Positions 30,806-41,100 of a stretch of DNA of 64,000 nucleotides are shown piece by piece. Below the pieces are notes generated by a model, which did not search any database, was not told the DNA's origin, and was given only the letters and a program-made list of their open reading frames with translations. The DNA comes from Bacteroidota bacterium (GTDB taxonomy: Bacteria; Bacteroidota; Bacteroidia; Bacteroidales; JAAUTT01), in the NCBI GenBank assembly GCA_030706405.1, contig JAUZOO010000004.1, positions 246,765-310,764 of the forward strand. The letters are read 5' to 3'. A program made the translations under genes and the position numbers. Positions within the stretch are counted from its first letter, which is position 1. The number at the start of each line of letters is the position of its first letter.

Positions 30806-32431
30806 TTATTGGTTTAGAAACCATCTGGGGTCACCCGCAGTAAGCCTGCCAGCAAAGCCAGTATCTTTAAATTTAAAATTTCCATTAATGGGATCTGTAA
30901 ACAACGCTGTAGAAGCTCCTGAGTAAGCCGAAAGGCTACCCATTATCGAAACGGAACCTGTTGTTGCGTTATTGTCTTTAAAGTCGTTTGTGTAATACGA
31001 GCCCGAAATAGTCTTTGTCGAAGCACTACTAACGCGAATCCCCTCAGTCCATGCGGTTGGCGTGCTACCAAAAATGCTATTCCTAACTACAACCCCGTTT
31101 GTTACCGTACCAGAAGCGCCATAATCAATAAAATAACGGAGTGAAGAGTTGGTTGTGTTTGCATTTATCTGGTTAAACGTACAGTTTATCACCGATACAG
31201 AGCTTGAGGCGTTGGGTGTATGCACAATAAGAGAACCTCCAAAATTATAAATTGAACTATTCTTAAAGGTTATATTATTGATTGTAGCAGTTGCAACATT
31301 ATTGTTAACTATTGCATAGATGCTAACATTTCCAATATCCCAGATGCGACAACCAGAGAAGGTTAAAGCGCCTATAGCTTTTGTTCCGGTTGTGCTCTGA
31401 AGCCTGAACGGAGTATTTCCAATATTACGAATTACACAATTCTTAAATAATATTTCCCCAACCGAACATGCTCCGCTTTGGTTAAACAGGTAGTTTGATT
31501 TAACCCCGCCGCTTGAACCGGTAGTAGTACCATCAGTATACCCGGAAAACTCGATATTTTCGAAACGAACAAAATTAAGCGACGTTGTAGGCAGCGTTAA
31601 CATATTTAACCCTGCGGCAGCTCCCTGCATGCAAATTATTGGCAGATTAATAGAATCCAAGCCTCTTATCTTTATATTTTTAGGAATGGTATAAGCTGCT
31701 GTTCCTATTGAATACACACCGGGTTTGAGCACTACAACCGCGCTGTCTTTTGTTATTGCGGTTAGGGTTGAGAGCAGCCCACTACCTCCCGACAAGAAAT
31801 AGTCTCCTTCCAACAAAACATTTACAGTACCACGAAGAATGTCGTTATTGTAAATTTTAACAGCGTATGAGCCATTGGGAATACTTGCACAAACCTTTGA
31901 CCCCGTCACCTTTTCGGAAGCACTGATATCTAAAGAAATATCCGACTTTCCGGAGGCACTAAACACCAATTTAGTAGCATTAGCCGCAGGCAACCAGTTT
32001 ATTGTAGCGGTTCCCTGATCTGTCATAGCCGAAGAATATCCCAAAAAGATATTTTCTGGAGGAGTTTTAAAAGTAAGCGTCTGGTTGTATTTCGAATCCT
32101 TTTTAGGATCGCTGGCATTTGCCTTTACCCTTGCCGAATAGCGAGTGTTTCCGGCAAGTTCGATGGTATAAGAATTCGTAGTAAGAGAATCTGTTTCAAT
32201 AATATTTGTGAACGAAAGACTGTCCTTACTAATCTGAAGGGTGTACGAAGTCGCACTATCAATAGGGTTCCAAGTTATAGTTGCTACGGTTTTAGTGAGT
32301 GAAACCGCAAATCCTACAGGACGGAATAAATAAGGTACTTCCAGAGTTGCTGTATCTTTTTTGCATGACATAAAACTTAGCAAAAAGCCTATTATTAAAC
32401 TAATTGCTAATATTATTTTTTTTGTTTTCAT
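30806..32431 (-). CDS. PUL-associated surface lipoprotein: N-terminal Fn3/Ig-like domains plus a right-handed parallel beta-helix (DUF4957/DUF5123-like)
   Basis: 541 aa. Has the lipobox LSFMSCKKD. The C-terminal half has PbH1-like coils repeating every ~25-30 aa (FENIEFSGY, FKNCVIRNIGN, FSGCRIWDIGN, ITFKNSSIYNFGG, VINCTFNQI, VVVRNSIFGS). Confidence 0.65.
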   Translation of the reverse strand: MKTKKIILAISLIIGFLLSFMSCKKDTATLEVPYLFRPVGFAVSLTKTVATITWNPIDSATSYTLQISKDSLSFTNIIETDSLTTNSYTIELAGNTRYSARVKANASDPKKDSKYNQTLTFKTPPENIFLGYSSAMTDQGTATINWLPAANATKLVFSASGKSDISLDISASEKVTGSKVCASIPNGSYAVKIYNNDILRGTVNVLLEGDYFLSGGSGLLSTLTAITKDSAVVVLKPGVYSIGTAAYTIPKNIKIRGLDSINLPIICMQGAAAGLNMLTLPTTSLNFVRFENIEFSGYTDGTTTGSSGGVKSNYLFNQSGACSVGEILFKNCVIRNIGNTPFRLQSTTGTKAIGALTFSGCRIWDIGNVSIYAIVNNNVATATINNITFKNSSIYNFGGSLIVHTPNASSSVSVINCTFNQINANTTNSSLRYFIDYGASGTVTNGVVVRNSIFGSTPTAWTEGIRVSSASTKTISGSYYTNDFKDNNATTGSVSIMGSLSAYSGASTALFTDPINGNFKFKDTGFAGRLTAGDPRWFLNQ

Positions 32432-32532
32432 AAGTCCACATTATTAAAGGTTATTGGAATGAAACATTCAGAGAATAGAGCCTAAAAAACAAAAAGGTCT
32501 ATTTTAAGAATGTTTCACGCCCATAGAACTGA

Positions 32533-34368
32533 TTAGTTATTATATCCGTAATCATTCGACAGTTTACCCTGGCTACTACTAATAACAATAGACATGATTG
32601 GGAGTAATTGTCGTTGGTCAGGATTTCCAAGATAGATGCTGTTTATCCAGGTGTCATTAAGCCGTAAGATAGAGCTAGCGGTACTTTGCGCCCACAACAC
32701 TTTAGTCCAACCTCCGGTAGGGTCTGAAACTGTCTTATCTATAGTTTCCCCACGCTTTAATCCATAAATAATGAGGCCTTTTTCTCCGGTACTGGCATCT
32801 TTAACGTAGCTCTTTGTATAAACATATTGAGGCACATTTGCATATTGACCTATACCATCTCTAAGATTTGCCATTTTAATTTTGGCAGAGTCTAACCTGG
32901 TTTTTAATTCTCCCCAGCGAATCAGGTCGTATTTACGAATATTTTCGCCGCAAAGTTCGAAAGCTCGCTCTCTTTTAAGGTTTTCGAGATTGAGAGGAAG
33001 GTCGTAGCTTGACACCGTATTAACTGGTTTTCCAAATGCTCTGCGACGTACCATATTAAAGTAATTCTGCCCGTCTGTGCCTCCCAGATAGAGATCTGCT
33101 TCGGCATACATCAACAAAACGTCGGCGTAACGAAGAACGATTGGAGATATGCCATCGTCAGTTCCGGGAACCTTTAATTTACTCCATTCTGCCCTCCATT
33201 TCCCAAACTGAATTGTAGTAATATTTGTCAGGGTTTGCTGAATTACAGAGTTGGTATAATCGACCTGATATGGTAAAGCTGTAACATTCTTACGAGTGTC
33301 GGCATCATTGTAATCGTAATAAAAACTTGGCATAATATTTTCGTTACCTCCCAAAGCAACTGAGGTATATTTGTTATCTGCCGCATGTTTTTGACCGAAC
33401 CAATAAAGCATTCGACCACGAACACCTATATTATAAGGAAGTTCAAAAATAGCTTCACGCCCATGAGTTTCAATATCTTGACATTGCTCGTAAAAAATAG
33501 TTCTGAAAGAATCGGCCAGAGAATACCTGCCGGCAGCTATAATGGCTTTACATTCGTCGCGAGCTATCGTATAAAAATTTCGCCGTGTAGCTTCATCTTT
33601 AAACGTATACCGAATTACAGCCTGTCTGGTAACTGAATCGGGATGCATCGCATAACCTGCGGCAGACAAGCACATACGGGCACGAAGGCCACGTACGGCA
33701 TCTTTGCTTAGTCGTTTTACAGTAGCAGTATGAGTTGTTCCTGCATCGAACATCAGGTTTTCGGATTCTCCAAGGTCAGCAATAATTTGTGTATAAATAG
33801 TAGCCCTTGGGGTTTTAGCTATGTACATATTACTTTGATTAAGCGGCTCGGTACGAAAAGGAACATCTCCCCACCATTTTATCAAGTCGTAATAAAAAAA
33901 CGCACGCAACGTAAGTGCTTCGCCAAGTAAATCGCCCATCACTGAACCTGGAGTAGGACTTCCATATTTCCGAATACCTGCAATACATAGATTAGCCCGT
34001 TCGATTCCCGAATAAATACGACTCCACGGATTAGCATCGTCAGAGTTGTTATATCCATCGGCAAGATCGGAATTGGTGCTATAAAGCGGAATAAGGTCGT
34101 CGGACTTGGAAGAAACTAAAACCGTATTACCGGTTGCGCCGGGACGAAACTCGCAATCCGTATTTTCTCCCATTTGGAGCCACAATCTATTTCGATACGA
34201 GTTGTTATCGCCAAAGACATTGTAAATACCCATAATCGCACTTTCGGCAAGTGAAGCATCGCTAAAAACAACGTCATCGGAATAGGTTGACTGCGATTTT
34301 ACCTCTAAATAATCTTTACAAGAGGATAAAAGCAGTACGGAAATTATAATAAAGAATATCTGTTTCAT
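32533..34368 (-). CDS. susD: SusD/RagB-family nutrient-binding outer-membrane lipoprotein
   Basis: 611 aa. Has the lipobox LLLSSCKDY and a typical SusD pattern (..RAFFYYDLIKWWGDVP.., ..LLMYAEA.., ..ERAFELCGE..R..DL.RW). Lies directly downstream of susC. Confidence 0.9.
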   Translation of the reverse strand: MKQIFFIIISVLLLSSCKDYLEVKSQSTYSDDVVFSDASLAESAIMGIYNVFGDNNSYRNRLWLQMGENTDCEFRPGATGNTVLVSSKSDDLIPLYSTNSDLADGYNNSDDANPWSRIYSGIERANLCIAGIRKYGSPTPGSVMGDLLGEALTLRAFFYYDLIKWWGDVPFRTEPLNQSNMYIAKTPRATIYTQIIADLGESENLMFDAGTTHTATVKRLSKDAVRGLRARMCLSAAGYAMHPDSVTRQAVIRYTFKDEATRRNFYTIARDECKAIIAAGRYSLADSFRTIFYEQCQDIETHGREAIFELPYNIGVRGRMLYWFGQKHAADNKYTSVALGGNENIMPSFYYDYNDADTRKNVTALPYQVDYTNSVIQQTLTNITTIQFGKWRAEWSKLKVPGTDDGISPIVLRYADVLLMYAEADLYLGGTDGQNYFNMVRRRAFGKPVNTVSSYDLPLNLENLKRERAFELCGENIRKYDLIRWGELKTRLDSAKIKMANLRDGIGQYANVPQYVYTKSYVKDASTGEKGLIIYGLKRGETIDKTVSDPTGGWTKVLWAQSTASSILRLNDTWINSIYLGNPDQRQLLPIMSIVISSSQGKLSNDYGYNN

Positions 34369-34380
34369 GTTTGTATCGAT

Positions 34381-37300
34381 TTAAAAGGTTAAGTTAACTC
34401 CAAAGTTATAAGCCCGGCTGCGTGGATATGCCGAATAATCAACACCTGGTGTTAACGGCGTGCTACGACGAGTATCTACTTCGGGGTCATATCCCGAATA
34501 TTTAGTCCATACAAATAGATTATAGGCCGAAACATAGAAGCGTAGTTGCTGAACGTACAGTTTTGTCATCCATTTTTTAGGAAGGGTATAGCCAAGCGTT
34601 ACGTTATTCAACCTGAGAAACGAGCCATCTTCTACCGCCCAAGAATGGAAGACGTATTTACCCAATCCGGGAGACCATATTTTAGCATTTGCATTTAAAG
34701 CATCCAGGGCTGTAGCGTCTGTCAACCTGGCTCCTGTTGTTGGGTCAACATTATTCCAACGGTTTGAAGAATTTACTACCGAAAGCATATTACGGTATGT
34801 ATATTTATTAGCTGTAGTAAATTCTATTTTATTGGCATTGTAGATGTCATTTCCATAAACCCAGTTAAAATTAGCAGAGAAGTCAAACCCTTTAAAGTAG
34901 CCAGAGATAACAAAACCTCCCGTATGTTTTGGCATGGCATTTCCTATAACCTGGCGGTCATTCGGAGATATCACACTATCGCCATTAAGATCTCTGAGTT
35001 TAAGAGCTCCTGGCCCCCACGAAGAGCCATCTATTGAGGAGTTGTCGGGAGTTTGAACAGATTTATTATTCAACTTCCAGGCAGAACCATTCCATGTAAA
35101 ATCTTTGGTTGAATACATGCCGTCGGTAACATAACCATACATTTGGCCTACCGGCTTACCAACGGTTACCAGATAATCAGTTGACGCCTGGGCATCACTG
35201 GTCCATGCCGAGTTACCCGTAATAGAGCTCAACCCACCTAAATCGTCTACTTTATTCCTGTTAAAGCTAATATTAAACGATAAATTAAGTCGAAAATCTT
35301 TAGTATCAACAACGGCAGCATCGAGGGTAAGCTCAATCCCTCTGTTTGAAGTTTTTCCTAAGTTTCTAAGCTGAGTAGAATAGCCAACACCGGTTATCGG
35401 GAAATTAATCAACAAATCTTTGGTTTTATTTTGATAGACTTCGAAAGTTCCGTTTAATCGGTTGTTAAAAACACCAAAGTCTAAACCAAGGTTTTGGGTA
35501 ACGGTTGTTTCCCATTTCAGATCAGCATTCGTCATTGTGCTACTTGGAGCCAGGTATGACGAAGCAAGCGAAGTTGGCAAATAGGTAGTGGAGGTTACAG
35601 GGTAACTCTGTCTAAACATAAAACCCGGAATTCTATTATTACCTGCTGTTCCAAAGCTCGCCCTTAACTTTAAGTTAGACAACCACTCGGATGTGCCTGA
35701 CATAAAATTCTCCTGTGAGATACGCCATGCTACAGCTGCGGAAGGGAAATACCCCCAACGTTTACCAGGTCCGAATTTACCGGAACCATCTGCACGAAAT
35801 GTTGCATTAACAAGATACTTACCTTTATAGTCATAGTTGAAACGTCCAAAATACGACAACATTTTGTCGTCTGGCGAATAATAATTCGTAGCACTAACAG
35901 CTACGCCTTGAGAGGTAAATGCCCAAGCCTGATTAGATGTAAAAAATTTCGGATAAGCGTCAACAATATTAGTTAAAGTATTAGCTTTTTTAACAATAGC
36001 TTCCTCTCCAACCATCAATCCAACATTATGACTTCCTATTTTCTTATTAAAATTTAAAATATTGGCATTTCTAAATCCCGAATTAATAATATTCTGCAAT
36101 TGAGCAGCCGGTTGATTTTTAACAGGTGCATCTCCGTTGGTCACATAATAAGTAGATAGCCCGTAAAACCGATTGTCAACCCCGTTAGTGTTATCTATAG
36201 CTATTTCGGAGCGAAAAGAAATTTCTTTGGTTATTTGAGCGGTAGCATCGGCACTTAAATTAAGAATTTTAGTTCGTTGAAGCCTGTCGTTATCGGGGAT
36301 AGTCACAAACGGCGAATACAAACTACTGCCACTTTCCGGATCATCATCCGGTGCCGACATATTTTTTAATGGAATCGGCGTATATATAACGGCATTCTTC
36401 AGACGGGAGTCACTTGTCGATTTTTCCGTACCGGTAACGTCGTTTGCTCCTCCTCCGTTTATTTTAGTATCGGAATACCGAACAGCAAAATTCATTTTTA
36501 ACCATGACAATGGCGCTGAGTTAACTTTCAGGTTAAGATTATCGCGTGAAAAGGAGGAACCTAGCATGATAGCTTTGTCATCCATTCGGGTATAGCTGGC
36601 ATTAAAGTTTGCCGAAGAAGTTCCTCCGCTAACACTTATACTATGATTTTGAGTTGTTCCGGTTCGGCCAAAAACTTCATCTTGCCAGTTAGTTCCATTC
36701 ATATATTTATACAGACCAATATCGTCGTAACTTCCAAAATATGGCTCATATTGACTGGATACCTTATTTTGTAAAACAGCCTGTTCGTATTGCCATTTTG
36801 CAAATTCATAAGGGCTAAATACATCCAATTTTTTCGTTACTTTTTTTACGGAATAATATCCACTGTAATTAACCGTAAGTTTACCTTCCTTGGCAGATTT
36901 GGTAGTAATAATTACTACCCCATTAGCACCTCGTGACCCGTATATAGCGGTGGAAGACGCATCTTTCAACACATCGACCGATTGAATATCGGTAGGAGGA
37001 ATATTTGACAGGTTATCAACCGGAAAACCATCGACAATATATAATGGTGTATTATCCTGTGTAATGGAACCACCTCCACGAACACGAATTTTTATAGCAG
37101 CATCCGGCGATCCTTCCGTAGTAGTAACCTGTACGCCGGCCAATTTACCTGTTAATGCTTCTGCTACAGAAGCTACTGGAACATCTTTCAACTTTTCACC
37201 CGAAATCGATGTTATCGAACCGGTAAGATCCTTCCGCTTTGAAGTTCCGTACCCAATTACAACTACTTCGTCGAGGGTTTTGGATTCAGCGATCAGCCCG

Positions 37301-37623
37301 ACTGTGAGTTGAGTTTGTCCCCTAAGGGCAATTTTCTGAGGTTCATATCCTACATACGAAAATTTAAGCGTGACATCAGAAGAGCTTACACTTATTTTGA
37401 ATTTCCCTTCAATATCAGTTACAGTGCCTGAAGTCGACCCTTCGACCATAACACTTACGCCTGGTAAAGTTTCTCCCGATTTGGCATCGGAGACGGTCCC
37501 TGTCACGTCTACCTTTTGAGCAAACGTAAGCTGGATATTAAAAAATGCCAAGCATAACAAAATCAAGAGAAACCTTGTTTGTTTGCTTCGCATTCTGCGT
37601 TTTTGGAGCAAATTTTTCAACAT
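34381..37623 (-). CDS. susC: SusC-family TonB-dependent transporter
   Basis: 1080 aa. Has a CarboxypepD_reg N-terminus (VTGTVSDAKSGETLPGVSVMVEGS), a plug with the TonB-box region (DEVVVIGYGT), and a C-terminal beta-barrel ending ..FGVNLTF. An alternative start is the ATG at 37593. Confidence 0.93.
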   Translation of the reverse strand: MLKNLLQKRRMRSKQTRFLLILLCLAFFNIQLTFAQKVDVTGTVSDAKSGETLPGVSVMVEGSTSGTVTDIEGKFKISVSSSDVTLKFSYVGYEPQKIALRGQTQLTVGLIAESKTLDEVVVIGYGTSKRKDLTGSITSISGEKLKDVPVASVAEALTGKLAGVQVTTTEGSPDAAIKIRVRGGGSITQDNTPLYIVDGFPVDNLSNIPPTDIQSVDVLKDASSTAIYGSRGANGVVIITTKSAKEGKLTVNYSGYYSVKKVTKKLDVFSPYEFAKWQYEQAVLQNKVSSQYEPYFGSYDDIGLYKYMNGTNWQDEVFGRTGTTQNHSISVSGGTSSANFNASYTRMDDKAIMLGSSFSRDNLNLKVNSAPLSWLKMNFAVRYSDTKINGGGANDVTGTEKSTSDSRLKNAVIYTPIPLKNMSAPDDDPESGSSLYSPFVTIPDNDRLQRTKILNLSADATAQITKEISFRSEIAIDNTNGVDNRFYGLSTYYVTNGDAPVKNQPAAQLQNIINSGFRNANILNFNKKIGSHNVGLMVGEEAIVKKANTLTNIVDAYPKFFTSNQAWAFTSQGVAVSATNYYSPDDKMLSYFGRFNYDYKGKYLVNATFRADGSGKFGPGKRWGYFPSAAVAWRISQENFMSGTSEWLSNLKLRASFGTAGNNRIPGFMFRQSYPVTSTTYLPTSLASSYLAPSSTMTNADLKWETTVTQNLGLDFGVFNNRLNGTFEVYQNKTKDLLINFPITGVGYSTQLRNLGKTSNRGIELTLDAAVVDTKDFRLNLSFNISFNRNKVDDLGGLSSITGNSAWTSDAQASTDYLVTVGKPVGQMYGYVTDGMYSTKDFTWNGSAWKLNNKSVQTPDNSSIDGSSWGPGALKLRDLNGDSVISPNDRQVIGNAMPKHTGGFVISGYFKGFDFSANFNWVYGNDIYNANKIEFTTANKYTYRNMLSVVNSSNRWNNVDPTTGARLTDATALDALNANAKIWSPGLGKYVFHSWAVEDGSFLRLNNVTLGYTLPKKWMTKLYVQQLRFYVSAYNLFVWTKYSGYDPEVDTRRSTPLTPGVDYSAYPRSRAYNFGVNLTF

Positions 37624-38193
37624 AGTTTTGGTATTAGTGTTAGTAAAATTTCTATTTAGATTGAATTAGTATTTCTTAACTAGGAGCCTAAATAATTCCT
37701 TAGGAAGAAGAAAGGGACTGCCCTTATTGACCGAGTTGTCTACCCAAGTTGGTAATGGAAAGTTTAGCATAGTTTTAGTCATAAAATGTTTAATTAGACA
37801 GGAGTATACCTCATTATAAATTTATTCGGCTTAGGGAAGGGATTATGTAAATAATATCCCGACCAGAAAAACGAGTGCGATAACCAGTCCGATAATGGAG
37901 AGGATTATATAAAAGGTAATTCGTCGTAGTTTTTGGTCAATTTCACTCATAGCCCAATGGTTAAAAACTATCGAAAAGATACTGAAAACGGCAGGAAATG
38001 GGCTGTTCTAAATTCCCAAACAACAGGGGTATTTTTCCCAAAACGGCTAAATCATCCCAAAATAGAGCTCCTAATGTAACTTTCTACGAAAATACGCTGC
38101 ACCGCTATTAAATGAAGACAGCCGGATGCTGAGCTCTATGCCCAACGTCCGGCTGTTAATTTACACCAAACACTATCTTAAAGAAATCCGAAA

Positions 38194-41100
38194 TTACGTT
38201 CTATCTCTAGACCCAGCATATTCGGAGGCATTCATACCATATTGCTGGCGGAAGCATTTTCGAAAATGAGAAAGGTCGCGAAACCCGACAGCATAGGCAA
38301 CCTCGGACACCGTCATAACATTTTGAGTAAGAAGTTGAGCGGCGCGTTTCAGTCGTATGTTACGAATAAACTCTTTGACAGTCATATCGGTCAAAGCCGA
38401 AATTTTACGATAAAGCTGCATACGACTGGTTCCTACTGCCGCGGCAAACCTTTCTATATCGAGGTCGGGGTCGTCAATATTTTTTTCAATGATGTCGATA
38501 ACTTTCTGAAGGAACCGTTCATCAGGAGAAGTTATAGTCACATTGCTAGGCTTAAGCACCATTTCGCTGGTATATTTTTCGCGCAACGATTTGCGCAATG
38601 ACAGCAGGTTTTCGACCTTGGTTTCGAGAATTACCGGGTCGAAAGGTTTGGTAATATAATCGTCGGCACCAGTTTCAAGTCCTTCAATTTCGCTATTACG
38701 CGAATTTAATGCAGTTAGCAATATTACCGGGATGTGCGAGGTACGGTCGTCCTTTTTTAGCTTTTTGCACAATTCTTTACCGTTAAGCACAGGCATCAGC
38801 ACATCGGAGATGATGATGTCGGGTATCAGTTTCAGGGCAAGTTGCCAACCTTCTTTTCCGTCTGTAGCTTCATGCACCTGGTAGTGTATTTCAAAGTGGC
38901 TGCGAATAAAATATCTCACATCGGCATTATCCTCTACAATTAACAGGATATTGCGCGAGTCTGTATCCAACGTATTAATTTCAACATCTTCGGCATGAGT
39001 AGCAACTTCGTTGATGTCCTGATAAGATGCACTTGTAGGAAGGACTTTGGCATCGGTTTCAAAGGGCAGACGAACCGTAAATTTTGTCCCTTTACCCGGC
39101 TCACTCGATACGTAAATATACCCGTTATGCAGTTTAACCAGTTCTTTTACAAGTGCCAGGCCAATACCTGTTCCTGTTTGATTTTGGGTATTATCTCCCT
39201 GAAAAAAGCGGGTAAATACTTTATGTATATTCTTCTCAGGAATACCCAAACCGGTATCGGAAACCACAAGTTCAACCACAGTTGTATGAGCTTCGCCTTC
39301 TTCTATTGTTTCCTCTTGAGCATCTTTCACAGCATCCAGACAAAGCTCTACGGTTCCGTTTTTTTCAGTAAACTTAAAAGCGTTAGTAAGCAGGTTGTTA
39401 ATAATTTTTTCGAGTTTATCGGCATCAAACCAAACCTCTATTTTTGATTCTGGAAGTTTTACGCGAAACTCTATGCCTTTTTCTGCGGATATAGATGTGA
39501 AAGATAAAGCTATGTCATGCACAAAAGAGACGATCTCCCCTTCTTTCAGCTCAAGTTTCAGACTACCGGCTTCGAGCTTGCGGTAATCGAGCAACTGATT
39601 GATGAGCGTTAACAACTGCTTGGTATTACGGTGCATTATTTCGAGCATATTCCGCGACTCATTTTCCGGAAGTTTCTGGTTAAGCATCTTTTCCAACGGC
39701 CCAATAATCAATGTTAAGGGCGTACGAATTTCGTGCGAAATATTGGTAAAAAACCGAAATTTCATCATGTCTAGCTCGTGCAGCTTACGGGTTCTCAAAC
39801 GTTCAAACAAGAGCTGATGCTTAAGCCGTTCTTTATTGACCAACAAATAAACCAGGACAGACACTGCCGCTCCCAATAACATGAGTACCAACAATTTAAA
39901 CCACCAAGTTAACCAAAAAGGAGGAAGTATATTTATTTTCAATTCAATACCTTTTTCATTCCAGACATTATCGTTGTTGGAGGCTTTAAGGCAAAAGACA
40001 TAACTTCCGGGGTTCAGGTTCGTGTAGGTAGCCGAATGCTGTGTTCCTACATCATTCCATTGTTCTTCAAACCCCCTTAGCCGGTATTTGTACCGATTTT
40101 TTCCCGGCTGGGTAAAATTTAGTGAGGCAAACTCAATCGTTATAACATTTTGATCATAAAGCAATTTAACAGTTTTAGCTTCTGAAATACATTCCTTAAG
40201 AATCGCGCTTCGACTGTCGAGTACAGGCACCGGTTGGTTAAATACACGAAATCCGGTAAACACGAGGGGCGGGATGTAAGGATTATCTTTTATTTCCCGT
40301 GGTGAAAAAATATTAAACCCAGAAATTCCTCCAAACAGCATTTCTCCGTTTGGTGTTTTTAACGATGACCCGTAAGTAAATTGATTGTTCTGCAATCCAT
40401 CAAGTCTGTCGAACAGACGGCACGCCCCGGTCTCGGGATTAAAGCGGGTAAGCCCATTAGCCGTACTGAGCCATAACATTCTATCGTCGTCCTGTTGGAT
40501 ACAGAGAACCTGGTTATTGGCTATACCATCCTTTTCGGAATAATACTTCAGGCTCCCCTTGTCTTTATTATACAATGCCAACCCTTTATCGATTGTGGCA
40601 ATCCATATACGCCCTTTACTGTCCTGGCAAAAGGCTCTTGTTCGTTCCTGAAAATGTTTTACTTTTCCTGACAAGGGTTCATACACCACCATATCGGCTT
40701 CTCCTCCAATCCATAAATTGTGCTGTCTGTCTTCATTTATCCAGAATATAGGCTGGTTTCCGGAGATATGATTGTAGTGAATAAAATTTTTGGTTTTTGG
40801 GTTAAATAGCTCCAGTCCTTTAAATGTCCCGGTCCATATCTGGCCTTTGCTATCGCGAAATAACGTCCATATACGATTGTCTATAAGCGACGAAGCCTTT
40901 TCACTATTATGAGAGAAATGGGTTAAGCGGCCCGTTTGAAGGTTCATCACATCAATACCTCCCATAAACGTTCCAATCCAAAGGTTTCCTGTGCCGTCAT
41001 CCATAAAAGCCTTGATGCAGTTTTTGGATATAGAATTAGGATTTGTGTCGCTGTGCATAAGGTAGCGGAATGTTCCGGTCTTACGGTCGAAAATATTGAT

